A stretch of DNA of 64,000 nt, taken from Camelus ferus (Eukaryota). The position numbers were made by a program, and so were the translations under genes. Of the stretch, positions 34,206 to 47,345 are shown one piece after another. How positions within the stretch are numbered: position 1 is the stretch's first letter; each line of letters opens with the position of its first letter. The stretch lies in NCBI RefSeq assembly GCF_009834535.1, contig NC_045697.1:109742001-109806000 (forward strand), in the 5' to 3' direction. Under the pieces are notes generated by a model, which saw only the letters and a list, made by a program, of their open reading frames with translations, was not told the origin of the DNA and did not search any database.

Positions 34206-37200
34206 AATACTATTCTGCCTTTGGTGCTTAGTGATCAAATCAACAGCAAGATGGGGTTAATAGCAAGAGCAGTAGTGACTTTGGAGTGTTTTTTTTTTTT
34301 TTTTTAATGATACTTTCTCTTTTTATCTCTCAGTGGGATCAGTGGGGGTAGAACAACATCCAACAAACTCACGCAAACCCACCTTTTGAAATTCAGTTTT
34401 TAGCATCCGTCAATGGGAGCAGCAGAGAGTTATATTAGCTGCTCTATGCTTTCCAGGGCCAGCCTCTTTATTATACATTTTGCTTCTGTTAATAACCTAT
34501 GAATTGTGTGGAGTTATATAACTAACAGCTTCTTCAAAGATGGGATAGCAAATGGCTTTCAGTGACAAGAGCCCAAACGCACAACTGAGTTTTAAAAAAT
34601 TCTGCATCTTTTCTGAGAGAGACAGTCACGGTTACATGGAACCCTTAACTTTAAGGTGCAATTTATTCAGGGAAAGCGAGGGGAACCAACACCCCCATTT
34701 GTAGTTCAGTCAGAACAAAGGTCTTTTGTGAAGAAACTGTTTATGCACCCTCGACACTTTCAAGGCATCATTTGGGGTGTATTACCTCACAGGTGATTTA
34801 CATTTTCTGTTTAGTATCACTTCTTTCCCTCAGTCTGTGAAAGGGGGTTGAATGGAGAATTTTTTCCAGGTTTGCAGCTTTCTGCTGCTGAAGCCTGTAG
34901 AAATGCTCCGTGTATTTGGAAGTGGGCTGCTAAGGGAATAACAGTTTTAAGACGGCTGACTCGTCCATCGTTTATCATCATTATATGGTGTCTGTCAACA
35001 GAAAACCGTTTCCCAGAATTCCATACGGAGTCGCTCCATATAGAAGCATGGAGTCTTGTGACGAGAAAAAGGCATTGCAATGAACAGTAATTGGAAAGGG
35101 GCTGGGGGAGGATAAACAGAAGCTTTTAGGGCTAATTCATGGCTGGCATCATCTCCATTAGCATTGGGACTGTTTGACGTGGAGTTCAGAGAACATGACC
35201 AGGGCTGGTTTCCATCTGTCACTGTGATTAATGGGAGTATTGTTAGGTAATAATAGTTTAATAACATAGCTGGAGCCAAAGAGGCACACCAGAAGTGTAT
35301 ATGTAATTCTAAAACCGAGAGGAACTGTGGACAAAATCACAAGAGCCAGGAAACTGGGGTCCTGTTCTCAGCTCTACCACTTCGCAAAGGACAGCGAGGG
35401 AGAATTTTTTCTACATTGAATAGAGTTAAAATAGTCTACTAATGAATGGGGTGAAGAGAGCGGTCTTAATTCTCAGGAAGGATGGCATCTTGGTGATTTT
35501 CAGGTACCTACATCTCAAGGACTGAAGAAGTTTGTTAAACTGTAACTCTTCTGAGAGCCAACAGTTGGGATAAGTACAGCCCACGCATTGGAGAGGGAAA
35601 TAGACCCTTCCACATGTCGACAGATTGGATCCATCTCTTTCAAAAAATATCTCAATTACATTATATGATATGATCCCACAATCAACTCAATGACTATCTG
35701 CCATTGATTGCAAACCTAAATAGTTAAAATCGTCTTGCTTTTCTGGATCTGCAAGAGGCAAAATTGGGTCAGCTAAGAACAACACATTTCAATGAAGTTG
35801 TCCTTTTACTCAGGGGGCAGCAGCTCTTGAAGGACCAGAGACCCAACATGACCCACGTATATTCAGAGCCTAGACTATGTGGGCTTTTACACTAGCCTGT
35901 TGGAACTTTTCAAGGGAGAAATCACTTTCCATAGAGACAATTGGGACGTGAGACTATTCACCTGTTGGCTTTCCTTTCTGACAAGGGAAGAGCCACCTGA
36001 CCTAGCAAAGTGCTGTCCAGTTTTTACTCAGAAGGTTTCCCCTGAATGGAAAGAGCTTTCAGCAAGTAAGGGTGGGCTTATGGGAGAGGGGAGGACAGAA
36101 CCCAGCCACGTGCCTTTCTGGACTAGGCGGCATGCTCTGTGGGTTATTGCTCAGTGTTTAGTCCATCGTGGTATCAAGATAGCTTGAACCCCACTGGGAG
36201 GGAGGCAGCCCGACGCACTAACGCTAACCAGAGACACCTAACAGTAAGTAAGGGATGGTGATCCAAGGGGAGGAGTCAGAACTTTTGGGGTTTTTGTCCT
36301 CAGTGGTTTAGATTACATGTCTTTCCCATTTACTATGGCTGATGCTCAGGGAACTGGAAGGAAGTTTAAAAGTCCCAGGCCGAGTGTAGGATTTTAATAT
36401 ATTTTTGGAGTGATGGTGGGTTCCTCCTCTGTGCCCGAGAACAGGCAAATGGCTATCTGCGGGCGGTGGAGGGATCATTTCTACTGACCCAAATCAGGGG
36501 AGAGGTGGTGCTGGACGTCTGCCGTGGAGGCTTCTATTTAGGTCTGGTCTCATTTGCGATGTGTCTACGCTGCACACAGAGGAATGGGGGGTTTGATTTT
36601 GGTGCAAGTACCAGGTTTTGTGTTTTCTTTTCCTTCTCCCGTGTCCATCCAAGGGAAGGAGTTCTGATCAAAATGGATCAAGGTCAAGGATATCACGTGG
36701 CCCACAGTACAAGGCTGTGGTGCTTTGCTGTTAATTGGAGAATGAGTTCAAGGTCTGGACTTGCAGTGGTCTCCTCTTGGACTTGTCCTTCTTAGCTAGC
36801 TTGTCCTGCCCTTGAGAGGACGTCAGACCAGCTCTAGGCTCTGTAAAGCAACTCTCGCTTTCCCTTCATTACCCTCAGCACATTTCCTTCACTGACCTTT
36901 GCTTGTCATCAGAGTGATAGGATGGAGACGAGCCTTCCATGTGGGCTGGGGACCAGAGGCCCCACCCTCCCTCTAGCCTTGACATAAATAGAAGAACGAT
37001 CATGGGGTTTAGAGCAAAGGCCTCTGGGTAACGAGTGCCTTTGCCTGGTTGTCCTCTCTGAACAGGCATTGCTCTCAGAAGCACTGAAGGAACTGGCTGG
37101 CTTGAAGGATAACAGGTCCCCAGCCGTTACTCAAATCTCAACTTACCAAGACATGGTTTCTAAAGCAAACACTTTCAGTGTCTATTTCAAGGCTGCTCAA

Positions 37201-38933
37201 GGTGCTCAAATAAACTGCCTCCTAGTCTCTACTTCAAGCTGCGTGGGCACGGATGGATCTGCCTTGGATCTTAGACTCCAAAACTGTAAGAGGATACAGT
37301 GACGTTCCCCTAGTGGTCAAGTCACAGGGATGGACAACTTTTTCTCTCTACTGCTCACTCTCTTTTGTTAGATAATTAAGCTGTGAAATCAGCAGAGTTG
37401 GCCTGAAGAGCTCAGTGAGCGCTGGCTTGATGTCAGGTGCTCACCTCTTGGTCCTCCCTCATCAAAGTGCACAGCCATCCAGGTCTTTTCCTTCTAAACT
37501 GAAGAGGTTGACGGGGATAACCTCCAAGTTCCCTTCCATCAATGCAAGGCTGAGATAACCAAGCAGAGAGCTGAGGCCATTCGAAAACTAGTAACCAAAG
37601 ACTTTTTTGTTTGAAAAACCAACATTAGAGTGCACGTGCTCACACACTCACACACATACACACACAAATCTCTAACTGTTTAGTTTAAAAAGTTAGAGTT
37701 TAGACTCCTTATTAGGTAAGTAATTGGAAGAGTTTCCTATCTGCCGTTAGCTGTGGCAAGGGCATTTTGGGAATGTGTGTGTGTATATTTTACTTGAAAT
37801 TGCTAGATATTACTTTAATTCTTGACTTATTTTTTTTAAAACGAAGACCACACCATCCACAGAACTAGGATAGGTTGTTTTTTTTTTAATATTTTATAAT
37901 ACATTCATTTAATTTTCATGCTTTTCTCTAGAAGCATACTGTATTATTCTTTATCTTAAGTGCCTATTCATTCGTGTTCAACTCCCCAGGTCCTTGTCTC
38001 TCTTGATGAGCTGTTCTTGTTACTGTTGTCCTGTGCTCAGTTCTCGGAGACCTCCAGGAGGCCAGTGGTAGCATGTGCTGTTGGGACTGTGGATGTGACG
38101 CCCCTTCCGACCTGTTCTTCGGCCAGAGCTAGTGCCCTTTCTCCACCACTGGTCACAAGCGAGCCCAGGGGAATATGGATGGCTCTGTGCAAATCCACCG
38201 CCACTGTTGGAAACAACAGTTCGAAGTGGGCTTTCCCCTTCTGATGATGGGTCGGTAATAATGAGATCATTGTTGTTAGGCAAAGAAAATTTGAGATTTT
38301 GCCAGGAAAAATTGTTTTAGCTTCCCCCAATAACAGTCACATGCAGAGAGCTGGTGAAGGGAAGCAGAGTGAGGCCGCTTCTCTTGCTTCTCTTGTCTGA
38401 GTTCCTTCAGATCCACCCTGATTGTTTTCTACCGCTGGACATAGAACAATGTCTAGTCACGGCTAGTGTACCAGAACGGATGCTTACCGAGTCCCAGATA
38501 CTCCTGCAGAGCAAAATGCTTGCTTCCCAGTGTAGCAGTTCCAGGAAGAAAGGCTCCAAATGTGACCTCCATTCTCCAGTTATGATCTATTATTATACTT
38601 TACACTATTACAATTTCTCGACTGAAGGCAGTTCTCCCTTATTAGTACGTGATGATTATTTGTGTGTTATACCATCAAGCTATGAGTTTGAAAGTTTCCA
38701 GAGCTTTATTCCTTTCTGGGCAGGAGTTGCTGCAGATTTTCAATCTAGAATTTTTCAGTGAGAAATTGGTAGAAGAAGCTGTTATGGAGAAGAGGGTTCT
38801 GGTAACCCTATCATTAAAATCTTTCCCAGAGAGAGAAAATGAACAAGTCAAAATTGGAGAATATTATTAAGTATTTTTAAAGCTGTGAAAGTTTAGAGGT
38901 ATGTGATTAGAAAGAAATTGCCCCCTTTTTCTT

Positions 38934-40563
38934 TCTTTTTTCTTTTTTTAAAGTTTAACATTTTTTATTGAGTTATACTCATTTTACAATGTGTCAAATT
39001 CCAGTGTAGAGCACAATTTTTCAGTTATACATGAACATACCTACATTCATTGTCACATTTTTTTTTTTTTTTGCTGTGAGCTATCACAAGATCCTGTATA
39101 TATTTCCCTGTGCTACATAGTACAATCCTGTTTATCTGTTCTACATTTTGAAACCCTAGTCTGTCCCTTCCCACCCCACATCCCCCTGGCAACCACAAGT
39201 TTGTATTCTATGTCTATGAATCTGTTTCTGTTTTGTATTTATGGTTTTTTGTTTGTTTGTTTGTTTGTTTGTTTTGTTTTGTTTTTGTTTTAAGATTCCA
39301 CATATGAGCGACCTCATATGGTATTTTTCTTTCTGTTTCTGGCTTACTTCACTTAGAATGACATTCTCCAGGAGCATCCATGTTGCTGCAAATGGCATTA
39401 TGTAGTCAGTTTTTATGGCTGAATAGTATTCAATTGTATAAATATACCACATCTTCTTTATCCAGTCATCTGTTGATGGACATTTAGGCTGTCTCCATGC
39501 CTTGGCTATTGTAAATAGTGCTGCTATGAACATTGGGGTGCAGGTGTCTTTTTGAAGTAGGGTTCCTTCTGGATATATGCTCGGGAGCGGGATTCCTGGG
39601 TCATACAGTAAGTCTATTCCTAGTCTTTTGAGGAATCTCCATACTGTTTTCCACAGTGGCTGCACCAAACTGCATCCCCACCAGCAGTGAAGGAGGGTTC
39701 CCCTTTCTCCACAGCCTTTCCAGCATCTGTCATTTGTGGACTTTTGAATGATGGTCCTTCTGACTGGTGTGAGGTGATACTTCATTGTAGTTTTGATTTG
39801 CATTTCTCTGATAATTAGTGATATTGAGCATTTTTTTCATGTGCCTATTGATCATCTGTATGTCTTCCTTGGAGAATTGCTTGTTTAGGTCTTCTGCCCA
39901 TTTTTGGATTGGGTTGTTTGTTTTTTTCTTATTAAGTCATATGAGCTGCTTATATATTCTGGAGATAAAATTTACATGGAACCACAAAAGACCTAGACTT
40001 GCCAAAGCATTACTGAAGAAAAAGAAAGAGGCTGGAGGAATAACTCTCCCAGACTTCAGACAATACTACAGAGCTACAGTCATCAAGACAGCATGGTACT
40101 GGTACAAAAACAGACATATAGACCAATGGAACAGAATAGAGAGCCCAGAAATGAACCCATAGACTTTTGGTCAACTAATGTTCGACAAAGGAGGGAAGAA
40201 TATACAATGGAATAAAGACAGTCTCTTCAGCAAATGGTGTTGGGAAAACTGGACAGCTGCATGTAAAGCAATGAAGCTAGAACACTCCCTTACACCATAC
40301 ACAAAAATCAACTCAAAATGGATCAAAGACTTAAACATAAGACAAGATACAGTAAACCTCCTAGAAGAAAATAAGGCAAAACATTATCTGACAAACATCT
40401 CAAAAATGCTCTCCTAGGGCAGTCTACCCAAGCAATAGAAATAAAAGCAAGAATAAACAAGTGGGACCTAATTAAACTTTCAAGCTTCTGCAAAGTGAAG
40501 GAAACTGTAAGTAAAACAAAACGACAACCTACTGAATGGGAAAAAATTTTTGCAAATGAGACC
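38934..40563 (-). mobile_element. 5'-inverted (twin-primed) L1: 3' part minus (38934-39966), inverted ORF2 part plus (39967-40563)
   Basis: Minus ORF 39156-39803 is the ORF2 C-terminus ([15 protein letters not shown]...LLHCWWGC...[14 protein letters not shown]). The plus part encodes [51 protein letters not shown] 14-bp TSD gccccctttttctt (38920-38933/40564-40577) encloses both parts. Confidence 0.93.
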
Positions 40564-42228
40564 GCCCCCTTTTTCTTGTATATTGATTTTTAGTTTTAAT
40601 CCCAGCCTCTACTTACTTTCCCTTAGGTCAAATTGCCCTCCATTAAAGCAATTTTAACTGAGGCAGAGAACTGAGGTAACAGTTTTGTCCTCAACAGAAA
40701 CTTTTTTTAATATTGAGAGTTAGAACTTCACCCTTCTAAGACCCAGCGACTTCACGTGCAGAGGGTACATTGCCTGGAAGTTAACTCCACATGAACGCGT
40801 TGCTAAGAATTTTTCAAACGTCACGTTGTATTCATTTTTGTTGTTGAGTGTATACCCGCAAATTCTGGCATGTGAAATCGGGAGCACACCATAAAACGTA
40901 CAGTGTATATAACCTGGCTGAGTGCAAGGGCTTTTTAGAAATTAATAAGCAGAGAGTTTTTACTTTTTGTTTGTCTTTGCATTCTCTGTGGATTATAACC
41001 CCAAACCCCCCATACTCCCAAAGTTGGCCTGGTCACCACTGCCCTCAGCAAGATCTGCTGAGAATCTGGGCGGCATCTTCTCAGTGTTGAAAGTCTTTTA
41101 TAACCTGGCTAGGAATTAGGCAGCTTTTAAATTTGTCAGGTCTCCGGGTTCCACTAAGAACTCATTTCAATCTTTTTTCACTTGAACCTGAATTTTCACC
41201 AACCCCTGGTGGATTTCAGTTGGGATTGTTACAGAATTACGTGAGGATGGAAATTAGTTTAATGTGAAGAAACAATGGAAGAGATACCACATTAGATAAT
41301 CTATGTTTCACACTGGATTTTACTGTAGGCATCAAGTCATTATGAATATAGAAACGAATTGTTAACCTGACAAAGCAGGTCACAAATGATGAAATTAGGG
41401 CATATTTTGGAAAACTCTAGTAACATTAAAAACAACACAGAGTTTTATGGCTCCAAAACAAATTGCCTGCATCACCTGAAGCCAGGTTTAGTTGAAATAA
41501 CTAAACTAATTAGATAAGAAATCAAGAATGAAAAGAAATATAAAGCTCCAGGTCAGGTGAAGAAAAGCTGTATATAACATCACTATGTTACATTTGTATT
41601 AAGGTCTTGTTTTAAGGTACGTGAGAAAGGAAATTGCAAATTAAGTCTGGTGCGACATATACCAAAGCCAAAGTTTGCAGACTGTACAGTATTGTTTGGC
41701 ATTAAAACGTTCTTTTTCCTAAACTCCCTCCCCTCACCCTCAAACACAAAACCAATGCTGTTTATCATCTTGGAGCTGGACTCCTGTCAAAGGTAGGTCA
41801 TTAATTTGACCCTGCTTGACAGCTATTTTCCAAAAATAATGACTGATTATTCATGCATAGTTCACTTCTCTGGTAGAACACTTAAAATGGAAAAAAAAAA
41901 AAAAAAGAAACGACTAAGATCATATAGAAAGGTTGAGTTTTCCTTCGTTTGGTGTTTAGTTCCATGAATTTTCCATTTATAGGCTTGTGTTACCACCTCC
42001 CCCCCACCCCCAGTCAGGTTACAGAGCAGTTTCCTCACTCCTAAAACCTCCCTGTGCTCTCCCTCCCCAGTCACACCCATCCTCCGTCCAGTGGGATATT
42101 TTTATAGTTTTTGTGCCAAGGATTGTGTGTCATGGAAACCTGTCCCTAAGCAGTTTCTTCTGGATCATCAAAGAAGTGTGCTCTCTCTCGCTCATCTTGG
42201 CAGTTTGCTGGTATGGTCAGTTCATCTT

Positions 42229-42954
42229 TCTTCTTCTTCTTTTTTTTTTTTAAATTGAAGTATAGTCAGTTATAATGTCAATTTCTGGTGCACAGCCCAA
42301 TGTCCCAGTCATGCATATACATCCATACATTCATTTTCATATTTTTTTCACTTATAGGTTACTACAGGATATTGAATATAGTTCCCTGTGCTATGCAGAA
42401 GAAATTTATGTATGTATGTATCTATTTTATATATACTAGCTAATATTTGCAAATCTTGAACTCCCAGTTTATCTCTTCCCATCCCCTCTGCTCCCCTGGT
42501 AACCGTAAGTTTGTTTTCTACGTCTTTGAGTCTGTTTCTGTTTTGTAGATAAGTTCATTAGTGTCTTCTTTTATCTCTCTTTTTTAGATTCCACATATGA
42601 GTGTTATCAATGGTATTTTTCTTTATCTTTCTGGCTTACTTAGAATGACAATCTCCAGGTCCATCCATGTTGCTGCAAATGGCATTATTTTATTCCTTTT
42701 CATGGCTGAGTAGTATTCCATTGTATAAATTTACCACAGTTTCTTTATCCAGTCATCCTTGATGGACATTTAGGTTATTTTCATGTCTTGGCTATTGCAA
42801 AGAGTGCTGATATGAACATTGGGGTGCAGGTGTCTTTTGAATTAGAGTTCCCTCCAGATATATGCTTAGGAGTGGGATTGCTGGATCATATGGTAAGGCT
42901 ATTTTTAGTTTTTTGAGGAGTCTTCAAACTGTTTTCCATAATGGCTGCACCATT
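42229..42954 (-). mobile_element. 5'-truncated L1 with TSD, inserted in an older L1 relic
   Basis: Antisense L1 3' UTR and ORF2 end; TSD gtcagttcatctt (42216-42228/42955-42967). Confidence 0.9.
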
Positions 42955-44038
42955 GTCAGTTCATCTTCTTGAGTGGATTATACAAGTGACAAATTTCTCC
43001 CAAACTAAATGGGATTGGATTGAGTATGATCATATGACCCAAAGGTGAGGTGTGCAGAACATTTGCTAGAGTAGCACTTGAGATCATGGATCTAGCTGCT
43101 GAAAGGGAGCAATAGTTCTGAAAGCCTGAGACCTGGGGTAGGTGGGATTTAAACCCAAGGAATGGACGTGAGAAAAGGACACCCAGGTTGAGGAAGTGTG
43201 TGAGCCCAGTAGAGAGGTTGGAAGGTTCAAGACACTGGTGAAAGCAATGGTGGTCCACGTGGCTGGTGTGACACCTATTAGTGGTGGGGGGCAGATAGTG
43301 TAGCACAAGACTCGAAGGTCTGCCAAAATAAGGATGCTATTTATTGATGGTGGTAGAACATTGACTCATTTCTGAGCTAGTGAGACATGATCTGAAATGT
43401 GCTTCCAGAAGAATAATCGTGGAAGACAAACCAGGCTTTGGGGTCAAGAATACTTGGGGCATCCAGAGAAGGCTCCCAGTGATAACACAAGTGGTCTTTT
43501 GGATGCTCTGTAGTGAAGATGAGCCAGGTGTTAGTATCCAAACCAAAGCCTCTGCTCGTGCTTTGTGCTTGGGGGTATGGAAGCATGGAGAGTAGCTTGC
43601 ATATTGTTCTTAAACCATTTTTGATCACTTGTGTTAAGTTTAGAATAAAAAAATCCCCTTTAGATAGTGTTAGAGAAACATACCAGATGGTATTTACCTG
43701 ATTATTAGATTTGAGAGTCCAGGGCCTAGAGGAGAAAAACTGTTATCTTCGCAAGTCTTACTCTTGTCTGAGTGGGCTGCACATTGTACATATAAGAAAA
43801 AATAACGGACTCATTACTCAGATCTGCAGGAACCCATTTGTTTGTTTGTTCATTCATTCCTTCCCTCCTTCAAAAAGCATGCTTCAAGCACATGTCTTAT
43901 GTGCAAGAAGCGGGCTCTTGAAACCCAGTTTGCAGGTCAGGGTAGCCTTCAGAAAACCATGGCCACCTCCTGGCCAACTCAGCTTAAGCCAGCCTGGCTG
44001 GGCTGGCCAGCTCTGATCTTTTTGATAACCAGAGAACT

Positions 44039-44711
44039 CAGAGGACTAAAAACAGACTTACCAAATGATCCAGCAATCCCACTCCTGGGCATATATCCAG
44101 AGGGAAACAATTCAAAAAATACATGCACCCAAGTGTTCACAGCAGCACTATTTACAATAGCCAAGACGTGGAAACAACCCAAATGTCCATCAACAGAGGA
44201 CTGGATAAAGAAGATGTGTTATATTTGTACAATTGAATACTACTCAGCCATAAAAAAATAAAATAATGCCATTTGCAACAACATGGATGGCCCTAGTGAT
44301 TGTCATACTAAGTGAAGTAAGCCAGAAAGAGAAAGAAAAGTACCATATGATATCACTTATTTGTGGAATCTAAAAAAAAAAAAAAAAAAAAAGACAAATG
44401 AACTTATTTGCAAAACAGAAATAGACTCACAGACATAGAAACAAACTTATGGTTACCAGGAGGAGAAGAGGGTGGGAAGGGATAAATTCGGAGTTCAAGA
44501 TTTGCAGATACTAAGTTCATTCTATATAGCACAGGGAACTATACTCAGTATCTTTTAGTAACTTATGGTGGAAAATTATGAAATGAATATATGTATGTTC
44601 ATGTAAGACTGAAGCATTATGCTGTACACCAGAAATCAACACAATATTGTAAACTGACTATACGTCAATAAAAATTTATATACCAAAAAAATTTTTTTTA
44701 ATTAAAAAAAA
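44039..44711 (+). mobile_element. 5'-truncated L1 (ORF2 end + 3' UTR)
   Basis: [42 protein letters not shown] tail; TSD aaccagagaact/aatcagagaact (44027-44038/44712-44723). Confidence 0.9.
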
Positions 44712-44759
44712 AATCAGAGAACTTTCCACTATTATCAGTGTCATTTGGGGCATTGATTC

Positions 44760-44852
44760 TTTTTGTTTGTTTGTTTATTGAAATATAGTCAGTTACAATG
44801 TGTCAATTTCTGGTGTACAGCACAATGTTTCAGTCATGCATATACATACATC
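44760..44852 (-). mobile_element. L1 3' end fragment
   Basis: tttattgaaatatagtcagttacaatgtgtcaatttctggtgtacagcac. Confidence 0.8.
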
Positions 44853-44880
44853 TACTTTGTTACCTTTATTATACACTTTC

Positions 44881-45006
44881 TGGGGGAGGGTGTAGCTCAA
44901 AGTGCTAGAGTGCATGCTTTGCATGCACGAGGTCTTGGGTTCAATCCCTAGTACCTCCTCTAAAAAAAAAAAAGTAAACCTAATTACCTCCCCCCCTCCA
45001 AAAAAG
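44881..45006 (+). mobile_element. tRNA-Ala-derived SINE (Vic-1-like)
   Basis: gggggagggtgtagctcaaagtgctagagtgcatgctttgcatgcacgaggtcttgggttcaatccctagtacctcc, then an A run and aacctaattacctcccc. Confidence 0.85.
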
Positions 45007-46789
45007 CCCCTTAAATATTATACGCTTTCTTCCTCCATTTCCTGTTAACCCCCAGGTTCCTGATCCAGATTCTTGAACTCTTCCCTCAGCTGGCCTTCTG
45101 CCCTTCTGCATGATCTGCCTGGTCATTTCTTGCCGACCCAGCTCGTCACTTAAGCTGGTCCTTCCTCTCACCTACGTCTGAGCTCCTATGGGCTTACCTG
45201 GTGCTGACACGTGCCCTACTTCCGATGTTACCTACCTGGGGCGTGTTACTCCCGGGGACCTGTGGTCTCATTTATTTCAGACACTGACTTGACTTGGACC
45301 AGCGGCTTCAGGTTGCATCTTCCACCACTGTTTGCACTTTTCACTTTGTAACATCAAGTTTTCAGGCCTCTACTCCCCACCCACTCCAACAGAGGAATGT
45401 GACACCTGTTTTACTCCAATGGCACCATGAGCTGGTTTTTGGCACATTTGGTTCAAGGAATAGTCTTTTTATTCTAGTTTAGTCCCAGGTTCATAATTAG
45501 AAAACTAGATTTAGTTCTGCTTTAGACAGTTTCAAGAAAGCTAAAAAAGAAAAAGAGAAAGACTTGATTCAAAATTGTATTAAAAATGCATTCAGTTCTG
45601 GGGTCAGGAAATTAGAATGGGTTCTTCTCATTTTAGACTCCCGATATTATTTGAGTTTTTGCTTGGCTTGGAGAGAAAATAGATGTAATGGATGTGCTAG
45701 CTGTTGTGACTAAGTCATGTGTCGCCTGAGGGGCTGGACAAGTGCAGAAATAAAACTGAATTTCTAGTGATTGACTGTGACTCTGGGGATAGAAATGTTT
45801 TACAAGCTGACAGTCTCATGCCCGAGCCCAGGGAGGGCCAGGGAGATGCTAACACGGGTGGTCTGACACCACAAACAACTGTTCTTTTTGGGACAAAGAA
45901 GACAGTTAACCTCTGTTGTCCCACACAGGGACCTCAAGAAATCTGCAGAGCATATGTTTTCCTCATTTCTCTGAGGACTACCAAGGAGAGCGGAGCCTTA
46001 ATTAGGAAAACACCGTGGCTCTGATGCTCCGGTCAAACTGATTTCTTGAAAAGGCTATCATTCTTCCTTATGTCCTTCTCAAAACTGTTTCGTGAGAGTA
46101 TTGGAAACTCTCTCAACTCCAGGCGCACCCCTCGCAGCTCGGCATGATGAAGGATTAAGAAGGCTGTTTTCCCCTTTATGAGAAAAGTGACTGTTGGAGG
46201 ATCTCCCGTTGGTAGCAGGGGTATCTTGTCACTTTGGGGATTCTTTCCTCGAGACAAGCAGTTCCAGGAATATTCTGCAAACATGGCCGGGTTTGAGGGG
46301 AGGTTGGGAGGGAAACAGGGCTGTGTGCAGTTGGAGCTCTCCATGTTCCCGGGACACTGAGGACATCTTCACTCACTGATCACACTCGACCCACTCAAGT
46401 TTCATCACTTGTTCTGCTCACATCTGTCCAGCAGGCACAGTGAGATTACAGGGACCGGCCTGGCTCTCCCGGGAGGACTGTGGGTGGGGGCTAGGAAAGA
46501 TGCGTGTCTTACACAGCAGTGGCTGCTGGGAATGTCTCTGCCTGCTGTGCAGTTACAGCTTTGCACACAGAGGACCTGTGTGCAAAGGTGTGCGGGGAGC
46601 AGGCTCTGTGCTCGGAGACCCCAGGGGGAGGGAGGGAGATGACTTGGCATACAAGGCTGCACTTGACAGACATCACATCTGTGCTCCTCTCCTCCCAGCT
46701 CAGCCAGCATCACCCAGCCAAGCTCTTACTCCCTTCCAGGCTCTGGGGAAAGTGTTCTGTGTTCCCTCTCTCATTCCATCCCTTCTGGT

Positions 46790-46900
46790 GGGCTCCACTA
46801 ATCTTCCCACTTTGTAGATGGGGAAACCAAGACTCAGAGGTGTTGAATAACTTGCCCAGGGTCACAGAGATAATGCACCTGAAGCCTGAGTTCAAGTCTA
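46790..46900 (-). mobile_element. MIR SINE core
   Basis: cccactttgtagatggggaaaccaagactcagaggtgttgaataacttgcccagggtcacag. Confidence 0.7.
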
Positions 46901-47192
46901 GTTCTAGTGAGGGAACCTTAGCTGATAGCCAGAAATTAAGACATTAAATTGCCCGGTACCCAAAATTGTAATGACAGGTGTGAGGTACTTAGATGACAGA
47001 AGCGCCCTGGAGTCAACAAGTCAGCTTGCTCTTGGTAGCCCTTCACTTCTCAAGGCCAGGTGCTTGAGGTTGATGTCAATTTATTCCTTCAAATCTAGTG
47101 TTTCCTTTCTGATGTCTGTAATTTTTTAAGTATTTTTATTTTGGATGTTCACTTTAGTTATGGGACTACAAACACCAATTAAAAAATGTCTG

Positions 47193-47345
47193 TGGGAGAG
47201 GGTTTAGCTAACTCAGTGGTAGAGCACATGCTTAGCATGTGCAAGGTCCTGGGTTCAAACCCCGGTACCTCCATTAAAAAATAAAATAAGTAGACCTAAT
47301 TACCTACCCCTCCTTCAACAAAATTCAAATCAAAGAAAAAAGTAA
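47193..47345 (+). mobile_element. tRNA-Ala-derived SINE (Vic-1-like)
   Basis: ctcagtggtagagcacatgcttagcatgtgcaaggtcctgggttcaaaccccggtacctcc plus tail; candidate TSD aaaaaatgtct/aaaaagtgtct. Confidence 0.85.

Noticed and set aside
37300..37320. CTCF site (tgaccactaggggaac on minus)
   Set aside because: Mismatches in the GGC core positions; too weak without data.
39156..39803. 215-aa ORF as a host gene
   Set aside because: It is the L1 ORF2 C-terminus running into the L1 3' UTR.
44881..44960. tRNA-Ala gene (also at 2675-2745, 3585-3660, 25560-25635, 47195-47272)
   Set aside because: Degenerate stems, SINE-specific 3' segment and A-rich tails indicate SINEs.
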